NCBI GenBank assembly: GCA_015523325.1
Contig: WAKO01000015.1
Span: forward strand, 9,812 to 73,811
Direction of reading: 5' to 3'
From: Candidatus Micrarchaeota archaeon
GTDB taxonomy: Archaea > Micrarchaeota > Micrarchaeia > Anstonellales > J096
Length of the DNA: 64,000 bases
Shown: piece after piece, positions 1-9,157 of the stretch
How positions within the stretch are numbered: the stretch's first letter is position 1
Layout: every line of letters starts with the position of its first letter
Program-made: the position numbers and the translations under genes
The notes under the pieces: model-generated
The model's input: the letters and a program-made list of their open reading frames with translations, nothing else
Told to the model about the DNA's origin: nothing
The model's database searches: none

Positions 1-99
1 GCAAAAATCCTAGGGGGGGAAGAGCTAGAAAAAGCAAAGAATGCTTTTGAGGAGGAAGAAGCTCAAGCAGAGAGTGGATTTGGAGAGATTTTTGGTTGA
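1..99 (+). CDS. 3' end of a gene truncated by the window edge; acidic tail ending GFGEIFG, reminiscent of ribosomal stalk (P0/P1) C-termini
   Basis: Frame 1 reads AKILGGEELEKAKNAFEEEEAQAESGFGEIFG* with TGA at 97-99. Confidence 0.35.
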   Translation, partial: AKILGGEELEKAKNAFEEEEAQAESGFGEIFG

Positions 100-113
100 T
101 TAAACGGGAGAGT

Positions 114-638
114 ATGGAGAAGAGAGAAGAGAAAAAAGCTATAAGGAGTAGAGGGATTCCATCAAAGTTCTCTCTTTATTTGCCTCCTCACTACTCCAAA
201 GAGATTAGGGCTTTTGAAGCAAATGAAATAGCTACAAAAAATATATGGAGGGTTGAGGAGGTAATTAATTTTGTTTTTCCAAAAAAATACCAACCAACTT
301 ATCATGAGATTTCAGTAAAGTTCATAAAAGCGTTTGAAAGCAAGGGCTATTTCAGTGCAAAGGAAACTGCTGAATTCATAAAAAGAGAGGGAATTTCTAA
401 AGCAACATTCTATAATAGAGTTTTACCCCGCCTTAAAGCTGTAGGGATGGTCAAAGTTGAGAGAGAACCAACGCTTTCTGGCAAATCAAAAAAATATAAG
501 ATGAAAATAAGCTTAAGCAGGTCTTTTGGGAATTATATGAATAAGATAGGAGATAGTTGGTTAGCTTTTGTGGATGATGTTAGGAGTAGGGCTAAAGAAG
601 AAAATGAAGGGGTTAAAAGAGAGGTAGAAAGTGAATAA
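114..638 (+). CDS. Hypothetical protein with probable winged helix-turn-helix
   Basis: ORF 96..638, ATG at 114 after GGGAG; segment ISKATFYNRVLPRLKAVGMVKVER is wHTH-like. Confidence 0.55.
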   Translation: MEKREEKKAIRSRGIPSKFSLYLPPHYSKEIRAFEANEIATKNIWRVEEVINFVFPKKYQPTYHEISVKFIKAFESKGYFSAKETAEFIKREGISKATFYNRVLPRLKAVGMVKVEREPTLSGKSKKYKMKISLSRSFGNYMNKIGDSWLAFVDDVRSRAKEENEGVKREVESE

Positions 639-675
639 AAAATAAGGAAGAATAAGGAAAAGGATATCAAAAAAT

Positions 676-2130
676 TTACTTTGTTTTCTTTCTTATCTCT
701 TCCAACCTATTCAAGAACTCCTCCTTTTTATCCTCAAACCTCTCATTGTTTTTTTCCCTTAAGATCTTAACTAAGCTTCTACTCTCTCTAACAAGTAGTT
801 TTATTCTCTCTTTAGTTTCCTTTATTTTATTTTCAAGATCAGCCTCTTTAAGCTCAAACTCCTTTGCGCTTTCCTCTACTTCATTTGCCATCTTATCCAA
901 CTCATCAAGGTATTTGAGTAAAGCCTCTACTTCTGCAACCCTCCTCAATTCTAGAGCCTCTATCTCTGCCTTCTTTATTGATTCCTCCATCTCATCAACT
1001 AAGCTGTAGTATTTATCAATATATTGATCAACATAGGTTAATACTCCTTCTATTTCATTCAACTTTGCCTTTAGTTGCTCAATGTCCTTTTCCTTTCCTT
1101 CTATGTGTTCTTTAACTTTATTTACGCTCTCGCTTATTTTTGCTCTCTCCTTCCTTATCTCAACTATTCTTGCTTCATAATCTTCCAACAAAGAGGAGAG
1201 CTCTTTTAACTTTTCCTCTATCTCCTCCTTTCTTGAGATAAGCTCTTGTTCTTGCTTTTCAACTTCTTTTAGTTGTTCCTCCATATGCAGGAGGTCTTGC
1301 TTTTCTTTTTCTAGAGAGGATAAAGAAGAGGAGAGAACTTCTTCAATCTCTTTCTTATTTTTTAAAGACTCATTCCTAAACTTATCAAGCATTTCCTTTA
1401 GTTCTTCAACCAAAAAAGAAGATTCTTCTTTTACCTTTGCTATCTTCTCAAGTGTCTCTTCACTTAGCTCTCCGCTCTTCATTAAAGTCATTATCTGGTC
1501 TTTTAAAGAGAGAATATGCTCTTCTATTTCCAAAGTTTTATCAGTTATTTTATCAAAGGTAGTTGTTGCAATCCTATCCATCTTTTCCAATGTTTGGGAA
1601 TAAACCTTGCTCTTCTCTACCTCAAGCACTTCTAGCTTTGCCTTTAACTCATTTATCTCTTCCAATATTGATTCAAGCTTTTTCTTTGCCTCTAGAAGCT
1701 TAGCCTCTTTTTGAGAAGGTTTGCTTTTCTCTTTTTTCTTTGGTTTTTGAGGTTTTGTTAGAACAACTAATTTTTTCTTCTTTGTTTTCTTGTCAATCTC
1801 TCCTTTAGCAGCAATGATCTTCTCTTTCTTTTTTGCCTCTTTTTGTTCTTTTTCCTTTGGTTTCTCACTAACAACTGCTTTAGAGGTTGTAGGAGACTCA
1901 AGGGATTCAAGACCCTCTGGAACATCCAAAAGCCAAACAGCATAAACCTTGGTTAACCTATACTCAAGCTTTACATAGCCCTCTTCTTCCAAAGTATGAA
2001 GCCAACTTTTTAGAGTTTCTAGAGGAACCTTGCTCCTCTTTGCTAGCTCATTTATTTCCATTCTCTTTTCTTTTGAGAGTATTGAAATAACCCTATCTAT
2101 ATCAGTATTTATTAGTGCGTCCTCAACCAT
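676..2130 (-). CDS. N-terminal wHTH plus long coiled-coil protein
   Basis: INELAKRSKVPLETLKSWLHTLEEEGYVKLEY wHTH pattern, then a Lys-rich linker and roughly 340 aa of E/K/L heptad-like sequence. Confidence 0.6.
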   Translation of the reverse strand: MVEDALINTDIDRVISILSKEKRMEINELAKRSKVPLETLKSWLHTLEEEGYVKLEYRLTKVYAVWLLDVPEGLESLESPTTSKAVVSEKPKEKEQKEAKKKEKIIAAKGEIDKKTKKKKLVVLTKPQKPKKKEKSKPSQKEAKLLEAKKKLESILEEINELKAKLEVLEVEKSKVYSQTLEKMDRIATTTFDKITDKTLEIEEHILSLKDQIMTLMKSGELSEETLEKIAKVKEESSFLVEELKEMLDKFRNESLKNKKEIEEVLSSSLSSLEKEKQDLLHMEEQLKEVEKQEQELISRKEEIEEKLKELSSLLEDYEARIVEIRKERAKISESVNKVKEHIEGKEKDIEQLKAKLNEIEGVLTYVDQYIDKYYSLVDEMEESIKKAEIEALELRRVAEVEALLKYLDELDKMANEVEESAKEFELKEADLENKIKETKERIKLLVRESRSLVKILREKNNERFEDKKEEFLNRLEEIRKKTK

Positions 2131-2216
2131 ATTTTCAAACCCAATTTAAAACCTTGCTTATAGCAACCAACGTTAGGGAACACCTCCAATTCAACTTCAA
2201 ATTCAACTCTCTAATT

Positions 2217-2741
2217 TTACTTTAGCTCTTCTCTTACAACCTTAAAGCTTCCTGAGAGCTTTCTTGCAGCTCTTTTCATTGCTTCTCTAACCTCTTGCTC
2301 ATTTGAGGAGAAAGTGTAAACGCTAAACATTTTTTGGCCTTCCCTAACCAAAGCAGCGACATGAGTTGGTTTTCCAAAAGCCCTCCTCATCCCTTGTTGA
2401 ATTCTATCAGCTCCAGAACCAGCAACCATCCTGTTTTCTCTTATAACGTGATGGGGATAAACATTTATTACAAAATAATATTTTCCAGAAAGTCTTTTTT
2501 CCAAATAACCATTCATAGCCCTTCTTGCTGCTTCTAGAGCATTATCTCGATGGTAGAAAGTGTCTTGTGGTATTAGGTGGAAAACAGTATCAAAGTCCTC
2601 GCTCCATTTACCCATTCTGAAGTTTGTTAAATGCCTGTGAGGCATTGCTTTTATGAAGTTTTTGTTTTGCTTCTTCCTACTATACCTAGTCCAAGGAACC
2701 TTATCAGGATCTCTAAAGGTTCTAGCAGGTCTTATTCCCAT
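2217..2741 (-). CDS. rpl10e: 50S ribosomal protein L10e/uL16
   Basis: MGIRPAR start, ALEAARR, YPHHVIREN, GADRIQQGMRRAFGKP motifs. Confidence 0.97.
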   Translation of the reverse strand: MGIRPARTFRDPDKVPWTRYSRKKQNKNFIKAMPHRHLTNFRMGKWSEDFDTVFHLIPQDTFYHRDNALEAARRAMNGYLEKRLSGKYYFVINVYPHHVIRENRMVAGSGADRIQQGMRRAFGKPTHVAALVREGQKMFSVYTFSSNEQEVREAMKRAARKLSGSFKVVREELK

Positions 2742-2933
2742 AAAATCAACCTCGTTTTACTTAATTTTTACCCTCTTATCTAATTAAAGCTAATTTTCTC
2801 TAGCTATTTGAGTATAAACATTTAAAAGACTTCTTTTTTTAAATGTTGCTAAAGAATTAGCTTGCTTCTTTGGAAAAATAAACTTCTATAAGCTTTAAAT
2901 AGGTTTTCAAACAGAAGTAAGAATTAAGCTAAA

Positions 2934-3006
2934 GCTCCTGTCGTCTAGTGGACAAGGATGCGGGCCTTTCGAGCCTGAGACCCGGGTTCGAATCCCGGCA
3001 GGAGCG
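2934..3006 (+). tRNA. tRNA-Glu(TTC), no intron, CCA not encoded
   Basis: Acceptor GCTCCTG/CAGGAGC, anticodon arm CGGGC-CTTTCGA-GCCTG, T arm CCGGG-TTCGAAT-CCCGG. Confidence 0.95.
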
Positions 3007-3037
3007 CTTTTTGTGCTTTTTACCTTGGAGAGAAAAA

Positions 3038-3949
3038 ATGAGAGAAGAGGAAAAAGAAGAGAAGCTAGAGGATTTCAGGATTGCTGGAGAAATAGCCAGG
3101 AAAATAAAAAAAGAGCTTAAATCTGTTGTGGAGGGAGAAAAGCTAATAGTTGAGATTGCTGAATATATAGAGAGAAGAATAAGGGAAGAAGGCGCAAAGC
3201 CTGCTTTTCCTGTTAATATAAGTATTAATGAGATAGCTGCTCATTACACTCCTAAAGAAAATGATGAAATAAGGGCTAGAGAAGAGGATTTGATTAAGAT
3301 AGATTTTGGTGTGGCTTATGGAGAGGGAATTAGTGATACAGCAGTATCAATAAATATCTCAAAAAAGTATGAAGAATTAATAAAGGCTGGAGAGCTAGCT
3401 TTGGAAAATGCGCTAAAATCAATGAGAGCGGGAGTGGGAAATGGAGAAATAGCTAAGGTTATTGAGGAAACAATAAAAGAGGAAGGATTTAAGCCAATAG
3501 CAAACTTAAGTGGCCATAAAATTAAGAGTGGAGAATTGCATGCAGGAATTGATGTTCCAAATGTTGAGATAAAAAATACTTATTACTTTAAGGAAGGAGA
3601 TGTTTTTGCTATTGAGCCTTTTCTAACTACAAAGGAAGGAGCAGGATATGTTGTGGATAGGGAGGAGGTAGAGATTTATTCAATTAACAATAAAGGGAGC
3701 CTCCGCCTTAGAGAGGCTAGGAAAATATTTGAGTATGCTAAGAAAGAATTCTCTTCTCTCCCATTTGCCGAGAGATGGATAACTAAAAAGTTTGGAAATA
3801 GCCTAATGGTTAGAATGGCTTTGAAGGAGCTGTTAAAAACAAAGAGTTTCAAAGCCTATCCTGTGCTGGTTGAAAAAAATGGAGAGGTTGTTGCGCAAGC
3901 AGAACACACAGTAATAATTAAGGAGAATGGAGTGGAAGTAATAACTTAA
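3038..3949 (+). CDS. map: Methionine aminopeptidase type II
   Basis: AFPVNISINEIAAHYTP, DTA, NLSGH, AIEPF, AQAEHT metal-binding motifs; ATG at 3038 chosen because the track start lies inside the tRNA. Confidence 0.95.
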   Translation: MREEEKEEKLEDFRIAGEIARKIKKELKSVVEGEKLIVEIAEYIERRIREEGAKPAFPVNISINEIAAHYTPKENDEIRAREEDLIKIDFGVAYGEGISDTAVSINISKKYEELIKAGELALENALKSMRAGVGNGEIAKVIEETIKEEGFKPIANLSGHKIKSGELHAGIDVPNVEIKNTYYFKEGDVFAIEPFLTTKEGAGYVVDREEVEIYSINNKGSLRLREARKIFEYAKKEFSSLPFAERWITKKFGNSLMVRMALKELLKTKSFKAYPVLVEKNGEVVAQAEHTVIIKENGVEVIT

Positions 3950-4020
3950 TTCCTATACATACACAAACATTTTTAAACACTTTTATACATATAAATAACT
4001 AAAATCGGGGGTAAGGTAAA

Positions 4021-4709
4021 ATGAAAAATTTGTTTAAGAAATTAAAATTTAAAAAAAAAGAGAAGAAAAACCTAAGGAGCTAGAGAAGTTTAAATATAGG
4101 GAAGATGAAATTAGAGAAAAATTTCAGGAATTACCTAATTTTTATGAATCTGTAAGAGCTAGAATACTAAGCGATTATATGAAAGACATAGATGCTCTAA
4201 AACCTTCTATTTTAGAATTAGCAAGACGTGGAGGCCATCAAAAGATTGTGGCTCTTTTAGAATTTGCAAGAAAGGAAATGAGAATAAACCCTAGTTATTT
4301 ATTATACTTTGCCAGAGATGAAGAAGGAAGAAGTGCTCTTCACTTAGCTGTTCTCTATAATAATGTGAAAACATTGGAAAATTTGCTTAAGTACTTGAAT
4401 GAAGGAGAGCTAAGGATAATACAATTTAGGGACAATGAAGGGAAAACCCCTGTAGATTACTTAACTGCAACTAATTATATAAAATACAACATATCTCCAG
4501 AAATAATTGACATGCTAGCAAAATATGGTGAATTACATTACAGTAGTAATATGGAAAAAAGTGAGGAACTAATAGAAAATAACAGAAAGCCACAGATGGA
4601 AGTAGGGAGAAGAGAAAAAACAGCACAACAGGAATTATTAAATTACCATTTTAGAATTAAGAGTGAAATTACAATAAATGGAAAACTACCATCCCACTGG
4701 TATGTGTAG
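4021..4709 (+). CDS. Ankyrin-repeat protein; 5' part out of frame at an A9 tract (in-frame ORF 4179..4709)
   Basis: DEEGRSALHLAVLYNN and DNEGKTPVDYL ankyrin motifs; ATG 4021 follows GGGGGTAAGGT and stops at 4081-4083; the main frame is open from 4053. Confidence 0.7.
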
Positions 4710-4821
4710 GATTATTAACCACTTTCACAATCTCTTTTAATTTTTCTCAATTTTCCTTATTTTACTTTCTATTTCCTCTTTTCAAAACCTTTTAGAGATT
4801 CTCTGAGAAGAAAAATAGAGA

Positions 4822-6249
4822 TTACCATCTAAACATAAAATCATGGGGTTTGCTTTCTTTTAGAGAGGCTTGGGTTATTTTTATGAAATCTCCATTCCCT
4901 ATTAGCTCTTCAACACTCATAAAACCAGCATAGGAAACTCCACTCCTTAAGCCATCTACAAGCATTTTTATTACTTCTCTAACACTTCCCTTATATTCAA
5001 CAACTCCTTCCACTCCTTCCTCATTATAATCAAAGTATTCTGAAACCTCTTTTCCTTCTTTAAGAGCTCTTTCTAAATTGGCTAGGGAGGAAGCCATTCC
5101 TCTATAAACTTTGTATTTTTTTGAGCCCTTCCTTATTATTGGGCCTGGGCTCTCTTCAGTTCCTGCAAAAAGAGATCCAAACATGCAAGTGCTAGCCCCT
5201 GCAGCAATTGCTTTAACAAAATCTCCAGAAGTTCTCAACCCTCCATCAGCCATTATTGGGATGTTATGTTGTTTTGCAACCTCAAAGCAATCAAGGATTG
5301 CGGTTAGTTGGGGCACTCCAAATCCAGTAACAATTCTAGTTGTGCAAGCAGCTCCCGGGCCAATTCCAACCTTAACACAATCTGCTCCAGCACTTATTAA
5401 ATCTTCTGTTCCCTCTTTAGTAGCAACATTGCCAGCAATAATCTCTATATCAAATTCTTTCTTTATCTCTTTTATTGCTTTTATGGCGTGATCGCTATGG
5501 CCATGGGCAATATCAACAACAATAACATCAACTCCAACTTCTATCAGTTTTTTTGTCCTCTCTAAGTGGTCTTTAACTCCAACAGCACAACCAACTAGGA
5601 GTTTTCCTTCTTTGTCTTTTGAGGAAGGATAGGAAAGTCTAGCTAAATCTTTAGCTGTTATTAATCCAATCAACTCGAAATCTTTGTTTACAAGAGGTAA
5701 CTTCTCCACTCCATTCTTTATCATTACTCTTTTAGCTTCCTCCAAATCAAGTTCTTTTAAACTCTCTAAGGAGAGAACTACCAACTCCTTTTTAGGAGTC
5801 ATGAGAGAAGAAACCCTTTCCTCTAAATCCTCAACAAATACAAAATCTCTCCTAGTTATTATTCCAACTAGCTTTTTTCCCTCTACAACAGGAAAGCTTT
5901 GAACATTGTGGGTCTTAACTAAACGAAGTAATTCTCTTAAAGTAGTTTCTGGAGAGACCACATATGGTTTTTCTATTACTATATTCTCAGCTCTTTTTAC
6001 TTTTTCAACCTCTTGTATTTGCCTTTCCAGAGGCATAAACCTATGAATTATTCCTATTCCTCCTTCTCTTGCAAGAGCTATTGCCATTTTGTGCTCTGTT
6101 ACAGTATCCATATTAGAAGAAACAACAGGAATGTTAAGCTTTATTTTTTTAGTTAACCTTGTTTCTGTTTTAACTTCTTTACGAGAAGAAACAACCCCTT
6201 TTTTTGGAACTAACAAAACATCATCAAATGTTAAAGCTTCCCTAAACAT
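4822..6249 (-). CDS. guaB: IMP dehydrogenase with CBS pair
   Basis: [33 protein letters not shown] catalytic loop, ADGG, YRGMAS. Confidence 0.95.
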   Translation of the reverse strand: MFREALTFDDVLLVPKKGVVSSRKEVKTETRLTKKIKLNIPVVSSNMDTVTEHKMAIALAREGGIGIIHRFMPLERQIQEVEKVKRAENIVIEKPYVVSPETTLRELLRLVKTHNVQSFPVVEGKKLVGIITRRDFVFVEDLEERVSSLMTPKKELVVLSLESLKELDLEEAKRVMIKNGVEKLPLVNKDFELIGLITAKDLARLSYPSSKDKEGKLLVGCAVGVKDHLERTKKLIEVGVDVIVVDIAHGHSDHAIKAIKEIKKEFDIEIIAGNVATKEGTEDLISAGADCVKVGIGPGAACTTRIVTGFGVPQLTAILDCFEVAKQHNIPIMADGGLRTSGDFVKAIAAGASTCMFGSLFAGTEESPGPIIRKGSKKYKVYRGMASSLANLERALKEGKEVSEYFDYNEEGVEGVVEYKGSVREVIKMLVDGLRSGVSYAGFMSVEELIGNGDFIKITQASLKESKPHDFMFRW

Positions 6250-6250
6250 C

Positions 6251-6886
6251 CTAATCCTCCCTAGCCTTAGAATTATTTGAAATGTTTATGGAAATACTTG
6301 AATTTAAAGGTAAAGAAGTACTTTCTTCAATCAAAGGGTTTTGCTCCTCTTGAAGAGAGGAAATCCTACAATCATCCTCTCTAAGTGTTTCCCCTACTTT
6401 CATTACAAGCATATTATTGTAGGTTTCAATTCCCTTTCCATCATCTTTCTCTAAATAAAAGACAAAGCAACCCTTCTCCTTTATTTGATTAAGGCATTCT
6501 TTTAGAGAGGTGTTTCCTCCTTCATAATAACACAACTCTCCTTCTAAAGAATATGCAAACACTTCTTTCCCAAAAAGAGGGGCTGTAGATGCTAGATTAA
6601 CCCCACAATTAAATATATTTCTCCTATAAGGGTCTCTAACATTATCAACATTCTCAACAATACAAATTGAAGGAGAAACGCTTAACCTTTCAAAAGCCTC
6701 CACAAACCCTGCTTTTTCACTAGCTAAGTTTTCCTTAAAGTTTTCTATAGAAACTGTTTGGAAAAGATTTGTATAAATCAAAAATCCTGCTATAAATGTT
6801 AAAGAAATTGTGACCATCCATTTTATTGTTTCCTCATCAAACAAACTTTCTTTTTTTGATTGCTCCTCTTTTTTTTCATCCTGCAT
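6251..6886 (-). CDS. Hypothetical membrane-anchored Cys-containing protein
   Basis: One N-terminal hydrophobic helix; shares C-x11-GKxVxxYxLxxxLC with the upstream gene. Confidence 0.6.
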   Translation of the reverse strand: MQDEKKEEQSKKESLFDEETIKWMVTISLTFIAGFLIYTNLFQTVSIENFKENLASEKAGFVEAFERLSVSPSICIVENVDNVRDPYRRNIFNCGVNLASTAPLFGKEVFAYSLEGELCYYEGGNTSLKECLNQIKEKGCFVFYLEKDDGKGIETYNNMLVMKVGETLREDDCRISSLQEEQNPLIEESTSLPLNSSISINISNNSKARED

Positions 6887-6938
6887 ACTTATCCCTAGCT
6901 TTTATATTTATCCAAAATTTTAGGGAACTTAGTTTAAC

Positions 6939-8981
6939 CTATATAACTGATGAAACAACACATTTTTTAAAGTCTTCTTCAGAGCCAATGAAGTAAAACC
7001 TTAAGAATCCTAGTTCTTCTCCTTTAAAGGAAAGCTCAGTCCCACTCTTTAAAATTATGAGAGGGGTTGGCTCATTTAAGCAATAGGTTTCTTCCTCTTC
7101 ATTAACACAAAGACCATTAACCAAATCATAAAGCTTAACCACTTTACCCCTTCTCTCTAAGGAATCAGTAATTTCATTAGCACAAGCTATTCTTTCCTTC
7201 AAAAATGAGAGGGAGCTCTTATCTATTGCTATTCTAACTTCTCCATTTGAGATTATCTTTTGCAAAACAACTTCTGGATTTGAAGTAACAAGAGAGTTCT
7301 TTATTAGGAAATAGGAGAGCAATCCAGCCACTATAAATATTAATCCAATCATTAATACCAATCCAAAATAAACGAATTTGAAGTAGCCCTTGCTTAAGGA
7401 TATTCCAAGAATTTCTTTTTTCTTAGAGTAAACAAATAAAGCTAGGAAGAAAACAATGGAAAAGATGAATAGGCTTAGCAAAACTGAAGTTATTAATGGA
7501 ACAGTTTGAGGTTCTAAAGCTTCAATTCCAAAAGCTGAGAGGGTTGTTGTTATTCCATTAGAGAAAGGAATCATCCAGCCTTTTGTGAGTGATGTTAGAA
7601 TAGCTCCAATGCTTTGCTCTCTTCTAGCTTTTTCCCTCATCACCACTTCTAAAAAGCCAGAATAGGCCTCTCCAAATTCACTTAATTGGGAGAGAGGGAC
7701 TCCTTTTTCAAAAGCAACATCAACTTGCTTTTTATCAACAAGCAAATCCTCAAAACCATCTTCTCCTAAAACCTCTATATAGAATTCAACCCTCTCTTTT
7801 ATTTTTTCAACTTCTTTATATCTCTCATTGTTTTGTATTGCCAATTCATAGGAAGAAGTGAGAAGCTTATTGAATTCTGTGAGTCTTTCACTTATATTTG
7901 TGAAATTATAAGAGTAGAGAGTATCATTTAAGCTTAAGAACAACTCCTCCAGCCTTTCAATTGAGTTTGAAAGATTTGTTCCTTTTACTTTGTTATCAAC
8001 TTCTTTAATAAAATCTATTTTTTCATAATAGGAAGTTAGAGCTTTTTCTATGCTTGGGGCAAAAACCTTTTCTAGCTCTTTACCCTCTTTGAAATTTACT
8101 CTTCTTTGGGTTTCCTCTATAAGAGTTTCAATCTTTTGGTTCAAATTTCTTATTTGGTCAACCCTATTTAAGGCAGCATTAATTTTATCTGAAAGAGATT
8201 GTATTGCGGAGGAGTTGTAGAGGACAGGAGGGCAAATTCCAAAGCACTCTCCACATTCTCCTGAACCTCCAATTGGAACTCTAAACTTTGAGTTTTCTAG
8301 CACCTCCCTATTATCATCCAAATCATCTAGTAATTCAACCATCTCATTTAGCTTTTCTTCAGCATTTTCAAAAGAAAGCTCCTCCAAAGAAGAGAGGAGA
8401 GAATTAATTAAATCATCATTCTCATAGCTTGCAACAAAAAAGGATTTTATATCGTCATAAATATCTTCTGGAGCTCCACAACCAATAGCTTGACCAAATT
8501 TGGAGCAGGTTGCTACTGAGTAAAAGTAATAAAGATCATTGTTATAAACTTCTTGCCAATTTGAAGGTTTGTTATACCTTTCTCCTAAAATGCCTCTACA
8601 AGTAAGCTCTTCATATCCTTCAAATTTATCTCCATTGTTTCTACTTGCATTTATTTCCAAAATTAATTCCCTCATATCATTTATTTCCTCTTCAGTTAGG
8701 AAGTAAGTTTCCTTTAAATAAAAAGAGAGGGCTTCCCTAATTTGATTTGGATCTTCAACAACTTTTCCCCTTAATGTTAGTAAAATCCAGCTATCATTTA
8801 AAGTATAAACAGTGTAGTTATCAAATCCATACAAGAAGCTAAAGCTATCTGTATTAACAGCTTTCTCTCCCGGGAGGAGGTATTTATTAATAACAAAAGA
8901 GTTTAGAGGTTGGATTAGAAATAGAAATAATAGGATTAAAGCAAAGCTCTTGCTCGGAGAGGGAAACTTTTCCATATTCAA
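6939..8981 (-). CDS. Hypothetical secreted/membrane protein
   Basis: Signal peptide, Cys-containing helical ectodomain, two TM helices, C-terminal Cys domain. Confidence 0.65.
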   Translation of the reverse strand: MNMEKFPSPSKSFALILLFLFLIQPLNSFVINKYLLPGEKAVNTDSFSFLYGFDNYTVYTLNDSWILLTLRGKVVEDPNQIREALSFYLKETYFLTEEEINDMRELILEINASRNNGDKFEGYEELTCRGILGERYNKPSNWQEVYNNDLYYFYSVATCSKFGQAIGCGAPEDIYDDIKSFFVASYENDDLINSLLSSLEELSFENAEEKLNEMVELLDDLDDNREVLENSKFRVPIGGSGECGECFGICPPVLYNSSAIQSLSDKINAALNRVDQIRNLNQKIETLIEETQRRVNFKEGKELEKVFAPSIEKALTSYYEKIDFIKEVDNKVKGTNLSNSIERLEELFLSLNDTLYSYNFTNISERLTEFNKLLTSSYELAIQNNERYKEVEKIKERVEFYIEVLGEDGFEDLLVDKKQVDVAFEKGVPLSQLSEFGEAYSGFLEVVMREKARREQSIGAILTSLTKGWMIPFSNGITTTLSAFGIEALEPQTVPLITSVLLSLFIFSIVFFLALFVYSKKKEILGISLSKGYFKFVYFGLVLMIGLIFIVAGLLSYFLIKNSLVTSNPEVVLQKIISNGEVRIAIDKSSLSFLKERIACANEITDSLERRGKVVKLYDLVNGLCVNEEEETYCLNEPTPLIILKSGTELSFKGEELGFLRFYFIGSEEDFKKCVVSSVI

Positions 8982-9047
8982 GTGTTGTAGCCAACATTTA
9001 AAAACTTTATTTGGTTGCTAAGAATAAAATTAAGGCATAAAAGCCAT

Positions 9048-9120
9048 GCCTCGGTAGCTCAGTAGGTAGAGCGCGTGCTTGGTAAGCACGAGGTCGCGGG
9101 TTCAAGTCCCGCCCGAGGCT
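9048..9120 (+). tRNA. tRNA-Thr(GGT), no intron, CCA not encoded
   Basis: Acceptor GCCTCGG/CCGAGGC, anticodon arm CGTGC-TTGGTAA-GCACG, T arm GCGGG-TTCAAGT-CCCGC. Confidence 0.96.
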
Positions 9121-9157
9121 CTTCTAAATTCTTAACCTGTTATCCCATGTTTTTAAC

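Noticed and set aside
2948..3037. N-terminal extension of Map from GTG 2948
   Set aside because: Runs through tRNA-Glu; ATG 3038 gives a normal type II Map start
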